Origin: Candidatus Bathyarchaeota archaeon
Lineage (GTDB): Archaea > Thermoproteota > Bathyarchaeia > 40CM-2-53-6 > RBG-13-38-9
NCBI GenBank assembly: GCA_963807605.1
Contig: CAWECG010000004.1
Span: 32,001-96,000, forward strand
Length of the DNA stretch: 64,000 nt
Direction of reading: 5' to 3'
Shown: one piece after another, positions 1 through 9,601 of the stretch
How the letters are laid out: each line of letters opens with the position of its first letter
Position numbering within the stretch: the stretch's first letter is position 1
The notes under the pieces: generated by a model
Told to the model about the DNA's origin: nothing
The model's input: only the letters and a program-made list of their open reading frames with translations
Databases searched by the model: none
Position numbers and translations under genes: made by a program

Positions 1-6
1 GGAGCG

Positions 7-609
7 GTGGCTGAATACATATCTTCACCATGGGTACCACGCTCTACGCCGACCTGGCTAGCGGAGAAGACGGAGCAAAACCTGAAAAACGCCTTTTCAG
101 GCGAGAGCCAAGCCAACATAAGGTATACACTCTTCTCGACAACAGCTGCTGACGAAAACCTCGATAATGTCGCAAGACTCTTCAAGGCGATAGCTTATGC
201 AGAGCAGATGCATGCACGCAATCACTTCGAAAACCTCAAGAACTTGAAGGAGGCGGCTATGACATACGGCATGGCCGGCTTTGGTCCCGGAGATACTTCG
301 AAGAACTTGGACATTGCAATTGACGGAGAGACCTTTGAGATAACACAGATGTATCCTGCTTATCTGGAGAAAGCAACTCAAGAAAACAATGGAGACGCAG
401 AACAGTCTTTCCACTTTGCATTGGAAGCCGAGAAAATACACGTGAACATGTTCAAAGAGGCAAAAGGAGCAGTCGACTCAGGCAAAGACATCAACATTGA
501 AAAGATCCACGTATGTAGTGTGTGCGGCAACACAGGAGAGGGTGAAGCCCCAGACGTTTGCCCAATATGCGGCTCACCAAAACAGAAATTTGTACTATTT
601 CAGAATTAA
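7..609 (+). CDS. rbr: Rubrerythrin with C-terminal rubredoxin-like domain
   Basis: AFSGESQA..Y, EQMH, GETFE..MY, EKIH diiron motifs; C-terminal CSVCG...CPICG. Confidence 0.93.
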   Translation: MAEYISSPWVPRSTPTWLAEKTEQNLKNAFSGESQANIRYTLFSTTAADENLDNVARLFKAIAYAEQMHARNHFENLKNLKEAAMTYGMAGFGPGDTSKNLDIAIDGETFEITQMYPAYLEKATQENNGDAEQSFHFALEAEKIHVNMFKEAKGAVDSGKDINIEKIHVCSVCGNTGEGEAPDVCPICGSPKQKFVLFQN

Positions 610-677
610 TACCTCACACCAAAGGATACACGCGCAGGCTATACAAGTAAGAAATGGGTCCAAGTTCCGCCAGGCTT

Positions 678-1367
678 TCATGCATGGAACTTGTTCAAGA
701 TTGCCGTGATTTGAGTTTCATACCGCATTGTTAGCTTACCTATTACCCAACCCACAGCAGATCCAACTATTACGTCGAAAGGCCAGTGCACCCCCACGTA
801 AACTCTGCTTATGGCTATCAAAAACGCCAGTATGTAGAGTGGTACCTTCAGACTCTTCCACTTGGATCCAAGGATCACGGCAGTTGTAAAACCATTTTTT
901 GCATGTCCACTTGGAAAACTTCCTCCACCCTCAATGTCCAATGCTCTAGCTCCTTGTACGGCCAACGATGGCCGCGCTCTCGGAAACACGACTTTGACGG
1001 GCAAAAGAATCAAACCTCCTATGACTATACCGACAGCCAACAGTAAAGATTCCCGTCTCCTCTTTGCCACCCAGAGAAGCACCGATACAAACAACATGAA
1101 AACTGTTGAGCCCACGTGAGTGATAGCTACCATAACAAGATCTAGAGAAGGCCATGATAGACGTTCATTCACCATGACAAAGCTTACAAGATCCCAATTT
1201 CGCAACCAAAGAGGAAACAAGTCTATCTTCGTCGGTTGAATCTTGGTAATGTAAAGTTCGTCAAATAGCTCGACCCCTACGAGCATTGCAACCATAAGCA
1301 AAAAGATGACAAAAGATCGGTACCTTGATCGATTCAATTTGAGTCTTTCACCAAAATTGAACCACAA
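678..1367 (-). CDS. PAP2-family membrane phosphatase
   Basis: K..F.R.RP, SFPSGH, SRVYVGVHWP.D motifs; several TM segments. Confidence 0.92.
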   Translation of the reverse strand: MWFNFGERLKLNRSRYRSFVIFLLMVAMLVGVELFDELYITKIQPTKIDLFPLWLRNWDLVSFVMVNERLSWPSLDLVMVAITHVGSTVFMLFVSVLLWVAKRRRESLLLAVGIVIGGLILLPVKVVFPRARPSLAVQGARALDIEGGGSFPSGHAKNGFTTAVILGSKWKSLKVPLYILAFLIAISRVYVGVHWPFDVIVGSAVGWVIGKLTMRYETQITAILNKFHA

Positions 1368-1435
1368 CGCAAGCGTTATTGTCTCTTTGCTATTGCCAAG
1401 AAGAAGCGCGCGCTAAGGAGGAGACCTGCCACTTC

Positions 1436-2860
1436 TTAGTTAGCGTTTAGCCCTTTCTTGATCATGCTGTAGGAATGCATTGCCATCGCAGCCTTCGCAG
1501 TTCTGGAAGGCGATGGATAGGTTGGGACCCCTTTTCTTCTGAGAACCTCGATTCCCTCTTTCGTGCTTCGTTCTCCCATCCAGAACGCAAGCACGGGTTT
1601 GCTGTGCTTGTCTGTGACCTCCGCGACCGCACGTGCAGGTTGGGCTGCGGTCACTATGCCCTGAGATACGAAGATGCATATTGCACAGTCGATGATCGAC
1701 TCACTCAGGATCGTGTCTAGCACGTTCTTGTAGCAGTCATAATCTGCCGCCCCGGTCATGTCTACTGGGTTTGAGGTTGAGGCTATCGCAAGGAGATTGT
1801 TTCTTATCTTGTCTTGGGTCTCGGCAGGCAAGAGTGGAATTTGGAGGCCGAGCTTGCTGCACCAGTCTGAGACCATCACGCCCAGTCCCCCCGCGTTGCT
1901 TATGATTCCGATGTTCTTTCCGTTTGGCAACGGCTGGTTTGATAGTGCGATTGCAGCATCGAATATCTCTTCAACATCGTGAACCCTGAGTATACAAGCT
2001 TGCTTTAGGCCTACATCGACAACGCCGTCTGAGCCTGCGATCGAGCCTGTGTGCGATAGGGATGCTCTGGCTCCTGCCTCGGAGGACCCAGCCTTCAGAA
2101 CCACTATCGGCTTCTTTCTAGCGATCCGCTTTCCGACATCTATCAGTTTTCGTCCGTCTTTGATGCCCTCGATGTAGGCGCCGATGACCTTTGTCTGAGG
2201 ATCCATTGCCAAATAGGCTAGGATATCGGAGATGCTGATGTCGGATTCGTTTCCGAGGTTTATGAATTTTGAGAAGCCTATCTCTCTATTGTAGGCCCAA
2301 TCCAGTGTTCCACAACACATCGCACCACTTTGGGATACAAAAGCGATCGGACCCTTCAGGGCACCAGTGAAAGTGAACGTAAGGTCTAGATTTATGTCGG
2401 TATTTACTATTCCAAAGCAGTTTGGACCGAGCAGCCTTATCTTCTTCTTTCTGGCGATGTCGACCAGTTGCGCCTGTAATTCCTTGTTTCCGCTCTCGGC
2501 GAATCCTGCTGAGATTACTATCGCGCCCGCGGCGCCTTTCCTCGAGACTTGCTCTAGAGTCTCAATAACTAGGTTAGATGGAACGATTATCTCGGCCAGA
2601 TCAAACTCATCGGGTATCTCGTCGACAGTCGTGTATGATTTTTGCCCGAAAATCGTGGTCAGTTTGGGATTGACAAGGTAGATCTTGCCTTGATAGCCGC
2701 TGTTTAATGCGTTTCTTGCTATCGCACCGCCAACCTTGTTGATCTTGTCCGAGGCGCCTACTATAGCCACCGACTCAGGCTCAATCAGCCTCTTCAGTTG
2801 CTCATAGGTTTGTGCAATGAAGTTGTCATCGTAAGGCTGGCTCATATCCGAGTTGCTCAA
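1436..2860 (-). CDS. acdA: ADP-forming acyl/acetate-CoA ligase alpha subunit
   Basis: VAIVGAS, LGPNCFG, SQSGA, SHTGSIAG phosphohistidine motif, NAGG, NPVD. Confidence 0.9.
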   Translation of the reverse strand: MSNSDMSQPYDDNFIAQTYEQLKRLIEPESVAIVGASDKINKVGGAIARNALNSGYQGKIYLVNPKLTTIFGQKSYTTVDEIPDEFDLAEIIVPSNLVIETLEQVSRKGAAGAIVISAGFAESGNKELQAQLVDIARKKKIRLLGPNCFGIVNTDINLDLTFTFTGALKGPIAFVSQSGAMCCGTLDWAYNREIGFSKFINLGNESDISISDILAYLAMDPQTKVIGAYIEGIKDGRKLIDVGKRIARKKPIVVLKAGSSEAGARASLSHTGSIAGSDGVVDVGLKQACILRVHDVEEIFDAAIALSNQPLPNGKNIGIISNAGGLGVMVSDWCSKLGLQIPLLPAETQDKIRNNLLAIASTSNPVDMTGAADYDCYKNVLDTILSESIIDCAICIFVSQGIVTAAQPARAVAEVTDKHSKPVLAFWMGERSTKEGIEVLRRKGVPTYPSPSRTAKAAMAMHSYSMIKKGLNAN

Positions 2861-2918
2861 GGATCACATCGTTTCGAAGGATATATAACAGGCTTGCAGG
2901 AAAGACCAATCGTCTCTG

Positions 2919-3182
2919 GTGATTATATTGATTTTCATCGTTTTCGCAAGCATTGAGGCTGCAAGAGAAAAGGAAGCATATCTCTCCGTGGCAGAGATAT
3001 CAAAACTCCCCGGCGTTAAAAGTGTATACTTGACTTTTGGCGGTCACGACTTTGTCGTGATCCATGAGGCGCCAGACCTTCCAGCCGCGGTCCAAACTGC
3101 CGTCAAGATCAGAAACATCCCTGGCGTGACAGACACTGAGACCATAATATGCATGGACATTCACGAAGTATTCAAGACCTGA
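2919..3182 (+). CDS. Lrp/AsnC ligand-binding (RAM) domain protein
   Basis: GVKSVYLTFGGHDFVV...IRNIPGVTDTET pattern. Confidence 0.8.
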   Translation: MIILIFIVFASIEAAREKEAYLSVAEISKLPGVKSVYLTFGGHDFVVIHEAPDLPAAVQTAVKIRNIPGVTDTETIICMDIHEVFKT

Positions 3183-3376
3183 AATATGGATCTCCATGAA
3201 TATGCTGAAGCAGCCGGCTCAGCGTCTGGACCCCCCCTGAAGCGGGACTTCTTAGCGCGCGCGACTCACCTTCTGTCAATGGGTGCCCGCTAATTGTTTT
3301 TTGAAGGTTGAGATAATTATTTGGCGCTGCTTAGGAGTGAACTTTATAGGAAGTTCAAACTGTAGAATTATTCTGT

Positions 3377-3766
3377 TTAGCCAGTCCGGGTTGTCTCTTC
3401 CTCGATAGTTAGAGCCTTAATCGGGCTTAGTTCAATTCCAGAGCCGGATTCATCGACTATAAGATCTTTCAGCACCTTCGTAACGTGTTCAATTTCGCTC
3501 TCTTGGATGCTCTCATCAACGTATAGGTTTATTTTGCCGCGTGGAGAAATCTGAACATGAGCCAACCTACCAAAACCTTTTCTTGATTTTTCACGGTTCT
3601 TTGAAGTTTCTGAAGGTCTTTTCACTTCAAAGAAGACAACGTCTTTCTCGGAGTCTAAGAATACGACTCTTTTATCCCGAGATATTCTCGTCACTGTCTT
3701 GTCGTAATGGATTTGCCTCCTTGCTTGATAGACGACCTGTTCTTTGTGTGAATGTTGCTTCTTCAT
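3377..3766 (-). CDS. Hypothetical protein, divergent from parB
   Basis: 129-aa ATG ORF, no recognised motif. Confidence 0.45.
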   Translation of the reverse strand: MKKQHSHKEQVVYQARRQIHYDKTVTRISRDKRVVFLDSEKDVVFFEVKRPSETSKNREKSRKGFGRLAHVQISPRGKINLYVDESIQESEIEHVTKVLKDLIVDESGSGIELSPIKALTIEEETTRTG

Positions 3767-3837
3767 GATCCAACAGTAAGATGGGGTAGGGGTGGACCTG
3801 TATAACTATATTCAAAAAACAAGGGAGGTGATTTCAT

Positions 3838-4767
3838 ATGTTTGTTGATAATATTCGGGAAGTCGATGTTTGGGGGCTTGATCCTAATCCTTTCCAGGCT
3901 AGGATCGAATATCCCGAGTCAGAGTTGAGGGATCTTGGCAAGTCTATCAAGGAGAAAGGTATGCTTGAACCAATAATAATACGTTCAAAAGGTGATCGTT
4001 ACGAGATCGCTGTAGGAGAGAGACGTGTCAGAGCTTGCAGGCTTGCGGGCATAAAGAAGATCATGGCTATAGTAAAGGAGCTGTCTGATGAGCAGATGGC
4101 CGAGTATGTACTGATCGAGAATCTTCAGCGAAAGGATCTCAATGCTATCGAAGAAGCAAAAGGGTTCAAGACTCTCCAGGAAAGGTTCGGCTGGACACAG
4201 GAAAAGATCGCTGACCAGCTCGGTCGAGGATTGACCAGAGACATAGTAGCACAGAGACTGCGTCTCTTAACCATCCCACTAGAGTTGCAAAAACATGTGT
4301 CGCACGACACAATTACGCCAACACACGCTGAGACTCTAGCCAGGCTGGACGATGATCAATCCTTGCTCAAAGAGACTACCGCCAAGGTAATCGAACAGAA
4401 TCTGTCGACAAAACAGACAGAACAACTCGTCAAAGACGTTATCGGTAAGCAGGAAATTCGTAAGCGCATCCAAGACTACGTAAGCAGTGAAGAATTCATA
4501 CTTCTCTTCCAGCATATTGCTAATGCAGCACTCCTTGAATCAGGCTCCGTATGTCCTGTTCCCAGCTGTAACCGTAGAGTGGAGTACTCAGAGCGCGTAG
4601 ACGAGAAAGAAGGTATTATTATTGGAAGACTTGTGTGCGAGGTCTGCGGCTATGAGTTTGGAATCTCTTACGGACCACTATTTGATCTCCTACTCAAGAT
4701 AGATGAGCGGCGTGAAGCCGAGAAAGCACTTGGAAACACGAATGAACGGAACAGACTAGCCGAATAG
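3838..4767 (+). CDS. parB: ParB/RepB/Spo0J-family protein with C-terminal Cys-rich zinc-ribbon-like domain
   Basis: PNPFQAR, GMLEPIII, GERRVRA, IENLQRKDLNAIEEA, HTH (WTQEKIA..LG); CPVPSC...CEVCG; SD GGAGGTG. Confidence 0.9.
   Translation: MFVDNIREVDVWGLDPNPFQARIEYPESELRDLGKSIKEKGMLEPIIIRSKGDRYEIAVGERRVRACRLAGIKKIMAIVKELSDEQMAEYVLIENLQRKDLNAIEEAKGFKTLQERFGWTQEKIADQLGRGLTRDIVAQRLRLLTIPLELQKHVSHDTITPTHAETLARLDDDQSLLKETTAKVIEQNLSTKQTEQLVKDVIGKQEIRKRIQDYVSSEEFILLFQHIANAALLESGSVCPVPSCNRRVEYSERVDEKEGIIIGRLVCEVCGYEFGISYGPLFDLLLKIDERREAEKALGNTNERNRLAE
4296..4311. promoter_or_regulatory. parS-like 16-bp palindrome inside parB (TGTGTCGCACGACACA)
   Basis: 7-bp perfect arms around a 2-bp centre; same length and TGT...ACA ends as bacterial parS; encodes VSHDT (cf. 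VSRET). Confidence 0.45.
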
Positions 4768-4967
4768 AAGCTCTATCGGAGTTCTGGAAGTACACAGATA
4801 GCTGATATGTCTTTGCAGGTCAACATCGAGTGCGTCTCCCAGTCCGAACGCGCTTGGCAAGCAACTTTAGGAGGAGCACGTGCTCCTCCCTTTTTTCATA
4901 TTACTGATCAGATATCACTGTGCTTTTCCGGTTTGAATTCTACGCGCTCGCTTTTTGTGGCGGACCG

Positions 4968-5081
4968 GGCGGAGTCGTCCTACCAACTAACAAGCTTGAG
5001 ATCCTAACACCCTACCTAACATCAGCAGGACTAGTCGCTGCGGTATCCGCAGTTGTAGTGGTTAAGAGAAGAAGAGCCTAG
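4968..5081 (+). repeat. Orphan PVGG C-terminal anchor cassette, copy 1
   Basis: Translates GGVVLPTNKLEILTPYLTSAGLVAAVSAVVVVKRRRA*; DNA highly similar to 57084-57203. Confidence 0.85.
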
Positions 5082-5148
5082 TCGCTCGAGTTCTGTCAAG
5101 TCTACGGGTGATTTGTCTCCCTGTTAACAGCCGGGTGACATCATCGGA

Positions 5149-5409
5149 CTAGCGCGCGCGTGGTCGGCCTTTTTTGGCCGCTTCCTCATATCTCTTCAGT
5201 TCGCTCAGAGTTTTGCCTTTGTTGTTGTGGTAGTCGGGGTTGTTTGGATTTAGTTTGATTGCGATTTCGTACTCACTGTCCGCTTCCCCAAATCTCTCCA
5301 GGTAGATCAAAGTGTTGCCTTTGTTGTTGTGGTAGTCGGGGTTGTTTGGATTTAGGGAGATTGCCATGTCGTACTCCTCAACCGCTTCCTCAAATCTCTG
5401 CTCACACAA
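5149..5409 (-). pseudogene. Tetratricopeptide-repeat protein fragment
   Basis: Two near-identical TPR units (LNPNNPDYHNNKG); ends abruptly in a (GC)n tract. Confidence 0.7.
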
Positions 5410-5771
5410 TTATTTAGAAAAAGCAGTCCCTTCAATATATGCGTTTAATCTGCTTTTTATATCTCATCGTGGCTTCGACCATTATTTGTTATAGATTTAG
5501 TATACCTAAGTATTCTTCATTATGGCTTCAGGAACATGGCTTCGCTCAGCCTTATAGTAAGTGGATGGTATGCAGATTATGGGTGTGCTCGACTCTATGC
5601 TGGGCAGCTATAATGCTGGGGGTTCAGTGTGTAAGATAGAGCGTGCACTGAATTTTATGTCGAGGATTATGTGGAATCAGTCCTTTCGTTTTTATGATTC
5701 TTTATACTTGCATAAAGACGGGCCTCCTGACACCGCTCTTCTAAAGCTCTTTGTCGGATAAGTCTGGAGAG

Positions 5772-5888
5772 CCTGTCGGCGGGCTAGTGACGCCGATGAA
5801 CAAGCTTGAGATTCTAACACCCTACTTAGCGTTAGCAGGACTTATAGCATTATCAGCGGTTGTAGTGGCTAAGAAAAAAAGAGCTTAG
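5772..5888 (+). repeat. Orphan PVGG C-terminal anchor cassette, copy 2
   Basis: Translates PVGGLVTPMNKLEILTPYLALAGLIALSAVVVAKKKRA*; followed by TCGCTCGA like copy 1. Confidence 0.85.
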
Positions 5889-5942
5889 TCGCTCGAAAGG
5901 CAATTATCCAACGTGGCGACTACGCTTTAGTCTATAGCGCGC

Positions 5943-6050
5943 GCGGCCGTGGTCTAGTCTGGTCTAGGACGGGAGATAAAGAACTTTGCCCGAGCTTCCC
6001 ATTCTAGGAGAGAGCTCTTAGCCCGGGTCCGAATCCCGGCGGCCGCACCA
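5943..6050 (+). tRNA. tRNA-Gly(CCC) with two introns (30/31: 5976-5994; 37/38: 6002-6012)
   Basis: GCGGCCG/CGGCCGC acceptor stem, encoded CCA, T arm CCGGG-TCCGAAT-CCCGG; both inserts form BHB/BHL motifs and removal restores the cloverleaf. Confidence 0.92.
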
Positions 6051-6571
6051 TTCTCCTGCGCATTGACGAGCGGATTAGTGAGCTTCAGGAGTTCTCGCAC
6101 TATCTGTACGGCACCATTTTTCTTGCATATTCGGATTCACATAGTTAGAGTCTCACAAGCGGATCCTGCCTATGCCAAGGAGCAAAAATCAGATCGATTA
6201 TCTGCAAAGGTTAATTGGAAAGAGAGATGATTAGCTTAATGACCTTGGGCCATAAATCACTGATCGAATGGACTGATTCAACATGAAATCTTGCCACTCG
6301 GTGTACTAGATACGTAGCACGACTATGAAGTCCTGCGGAGAATTCTGATAATCTGTGTTGCCAAGGGTGACTGGTTTGATCCACACGTCGAACTCGATTA
6401 TCAATCCTTTGTCAGCGTCGACAATTGAACCACTGGATTCTGTATCCGTTTCTAGAACCAAGATTCCTCGATTCCCTTTTGTCCGCCATGAGTGAGCCGA
6501 GTCTTCAGTCTCGTCTGCTAGTTCAGAGAAATATCTTCAATGCCCGCCAAGAATCAACTTGCGCTGTTTTC

Positions 6572-7351
6572 TTAATTGCAGAGGACTATCCCTGTTGGGT
6601 CTATCTTGTGAAGGATCTTCAATTCTTTTCTCGTAGGGACTTCGCTTATTCCCACATTTTCGGGCACTATCAACTCGAAGCAGCAGTTCTTCCTAATCTC
6701 ATCAATATGTACGCCTGGATGAAGGGAGATCAGCATCATTCGTTTTGTCGTCTCATCAAATCCATACACTCCGAGCTGGGTTATGACTCTGTAGGGACCG
6801 GTATCTTCTGCAAGTCCTATTCTTTCTCTCTCGCCAGGCCCTGTCAAGTACCCAGGGGTCGTCATGAAATCTAGTCTGTTGACAAACCTCTTCTTGTCTT
6901 GTCTCATTATTATAATGTTCTCATGGCATAGGGACCCTATGTCGTTTGCCCCGCCACTGCCTGGAAGGCGTACCTTTGGTCTTTCATATTCACCAATCAC
7001 AGTTGTATTGATGTTGCCGAACATGTCTATCTGAGCTGCACCCAAGAAACCATAGTCTACAAATCCAGCTTGGAGGGCCGACATAACGTCATGCATACTT
7101 GAAGCGGCTACGCCCTGATAGAAAGTTCTGGAATCCCCCACAGATACCGGCAAGACAGGACTTTGAGGACCTATGCCTCCGGCCTCATACATTACAAGTA
7201 GGTTTGGTGCATGAGTCTTCTGAGCCAGCATCGCAGCTATCACAGGAAGACCAGTTCCTACAAATACTGATTTTCCATCCTTCAACATCTTTGACGCTAT
7301 CGACGCCATCAATTCGACTTGGGTGTAACTAGTTCTTCCCTCGCCCATCAT
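6572..7351 (-). CDS. Family I CoA-transferase beta subunit (glutaconate/3-oxoacid type)
   Basis: VFVGTGLP, MYEAG catalytic Glu, GAAQIDMFGNINTT, LPGSGGAND. Confidence 0.92.
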   Translation of the reverse strand: MMGEGRTSYTQVELMASIASKMLKDGKSVFVGTGLPVIAAMLAQKTHAPNLLVMYEAGGIGPQSPVLPVSVGDSRTFYQGVAASSMHDVMSALQAGFVDYGFLGAAQIDMFGNINTTVIGEYERPKVRLPGSGGANDIGSLCHENIIIMRQDKKRFVNRLDFMTTPGYLTGPGERERIGLAEDTGPYRVITQLGVYGFDETTKRMMLISLHPGVHIDEIRKNCCFELIVPENVGISEVPTRKELKILHKIDPTGIVLCN

Positions 7352-8355
7352 CTCGTCCTCTTCAAGTTTCGGCCAGCCGTTCTCTCAATACTCTCTAAGC
7401 GTCTCAATTTCTTCTGTCCGCCTATGAGCCTAAGATACTGACTAAACGAGTCAACTGAATAGACATATTTCTCAAGATACTCTCTGACACCATCGTCGCT
7501 CTTGGAAAGGCTAAGCCATTCAGAGATATGTTCTTCATCAAAGAAGTATTGGAGGGGCATTTGACATGGGTGTGCGCCGTAGGGCGCCTCGACAACCGCA
7601 TCGACGTAGTAGAATGGAATTGTGGTCTTCCAGGGTTTACTACTGACGTCTCTGTGAGGAATTATCTCTTCTGTGGTGAGAATAAGTCTGCGAGAAGCGC
7701 GTGAAAGCTCGAAATCTTCAACCAACGCACCATCAATTTGAGCATTGCCGTACTTGTCGCAACGATGAACGTGAACAAGTCCGACATCAGGATTGCATGA
7801 GGGGATCAAGGTCAAAGGCTTGCCCGTGAACGGGCATCGAATAATCTTTGCTGAACTCTTCTCGAATGTATTCGTTCCAGACAATATTCTTGAAGGGACG
7901 AAGGGAATGCCCATCATGCCTGCCAAGAAACGCCACTGATATCCCGCATTGCTTATCTCAGAGACAACTCTGCATTTCCCAGCCTCAACTGCCCTTCTGG
8001 ATGCATTAGATAACCCTCTTAGCTCGTGTCCGAAAGAGTAGGCCACCTCGACCTTGTCTACACATCCTGCAGCCACCAATAGGTCGATGTCGTGTACCGC
8101 TGTCTTGCCTGCCATGGTTAAGTCATTCTTTTGCTGTCTGATCAATTCATAGACGATAGACATCGAGACTCTGATTTGCCCGAAGCCGCCGGACGCTATG
8201 AAATCTCCAGAATTAACAAATTTCGAGACTGCATCTTTCGCGCTCATTTGCTTGTCAATGAGTTCTCTCGACTTGTTCTCGAAGTTCCATCTTCGGTTTT
8301 CATCAGGATCCCTGAAACCAACCAGTTTTCCGTGACCTTCAGCAATAATATCCAA
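7348..8355 (-). CDS. Family I CoA-transferase alpha subunit
   Basis: GDFIASGGFG, AGMMGIPFVP, PDVGLVHVHRCDKYGNA, VVEAPYGAHP; overlaps beta start. Confidence 0.92.
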   Translation of the reverse strand: MDIIAEGHGKLVGFRDPDENRRWNFENKSRELIDKQMSAKDAVSKFVNSGDFIASGGFGQIRVSMSIVYELIRQQKNDLTMAGKTAVHDIDLLVAAGCVDKVEVAYSFGHELRGLSNASRRAVEAGKCRVVSEISNAGYQWRFLAGMMGIPFVPSRILSGTNTFEKSSAKIIRCPFTGKPLTLIPSCNPDVGLVHVHRCDKYGNAQIDGALVEDFELSRASRRLILTTEEIIPHRDVSSKPWKTTIPFYYVDAVVEAPYGAHPCQMPLQYFFDEEHISEWLSLSKSDDGVREYLEKYVYSVDSFSQYLRLIGGQKKLRRLESIERTAGRNLKRTR

Positions 8356-8748
8356 TCAATCGACACCCGAAGTTTGGTGGACTTCACACTCTCCGTGACT
8401 TAAACGTTGGTTTTCCTGGAGAAGGGAAATGCGCGCATTGGATCCTGACCGGTCCACCAAGCTCAAGCACGCGATAGTCGACAAGACGGATGTGCCAGAT
8501 TCAAGAACTTTGCTCTTCAGACTATGGTGCTGATTCAGCTCACCGCTACCATAATGCCTCCTCTAGTCTTATCGAACACCAGCGATGAGTCCATCGTAAC
8601 TGTATCTGACGTATCCTGTCGGTCATGTTAAGCTGAGCGCACGTTCAACGACGCTATCCAACCTAGGTACTCTATGTTTCTAGACAATATGCTATGGTTG
8701 CTTCTACGTGTGCGCTTAAGTTGCTGTTACAAGATAGCCGCGGGCACC

Positions 8749-9495
8749 ATGAAGCCCGTTCTTTTTTTATTAATACTGTCTATTGTGCTCACGCCGTCTT
8801 TCGCTCCATCAGGAGCGCTATCAAACTCTGCTTTGAGGTTTAACAAGACTGGAACGAGTTTAAACTGGTCAGGTTATGTGGTCGAAACAAGTCTTACTTC
8901 ACCACAGAAGGGAGCTGTAACAGATGTTAAGGGCACGTGGATACTTCCTTCAGTTCATCATTGGATCATGCCGAACGCTGCTTCCTCTGTTTGGATAGGG
9001 ATAGATGGTAATTCCTCTATTGAACAAATAGGAACTGATTCTGACTATTCTTCAGGAACGCCAACATATTATGCTTGGTATGAAATATATCCAAATAATG
9101 CTGTAATGGTAAACCTGAAGATTTCTCCTGGAGACAAGATATCCGCCGAAGTCAAATACCTGGGACAAGATAACTTCCGACTGATGATTAATGACACAAC
9201 GACTGGGAAGAGTTTTTCAACAACTCAAAAAGCGCCCGCAGCTCAAGAATCGTCTGCTGAATGGATAGTGGAGGCGCCATCTTATGCATATTTCATTCTG
9301 CCATTAGCAAATTTTGGAACTGTTACTTTCACAAACGCTCAGGCAACTCTGAACGGACATACCGGTACGATAAGCGATGCTGCATGGAAATATGAGGCAA
9401 TAAATATGACTACGTCCTCCGGGACCATCAGAGCCCAACCATTGACTCTCGCAAGTAGCGGAACAAGCTTCTCAGTGATATGGCATCGGTTATAG
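8749..9495 (+). CDS. Secreted glutamic peptidase, family G1 (eqolisin/peptidase A4)
   Basis: Signal peptide, SLNWSGY, VWIGIDG, IEQIGT (Q), YYAWYE, SSAEWIVEAP (E), LANFGTVTF. Confidence 0.88.
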   Translation: MKPVLFLLILSIVLTPSFAPSGALSNSALRFNKTGTSLNWSGYVVETSLTSPQKGAVTDVKGTWILPSVHHWIMPNAASSVWIGIDGNSSIEQIGTDSDYSSGTPTYYAWYEIYPNNAVMVNLKISPGDKISAEVKYLGQDNFRLMINDTTTGKSFSTTQKAPAAQESSAEWIVEAPSYAYFILPLANFGTVTFTNAQATLNGHTGTISDAAWKYEAINMTTSSGTIRAQPLTLASSGTSFSVIWHRL

Positions 9496-9601
9496 AGCAG
9501 CACCTTTTCTTGAAACGTTACATAGCCTCTCTCGTTTCCCAATTCAACATGCGCGCGTTCAAAGATGATTTAATCGGTCATAATATGTGTTACGCGCGCG
9601 C

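Noticed and set aside
5212-5356. ~40-bp direct repeat with 102-bp period as a mini-CRISPR
   Set aside because: It is the 34-aa TPR coding periodicity
6425-6874. Antisense/overlapping ORFs of the six-frame track (this and similar, e.g. 41744-42265, 47848-48324)
   Set aside because: Shadow frames of well-supported genes with no motifs
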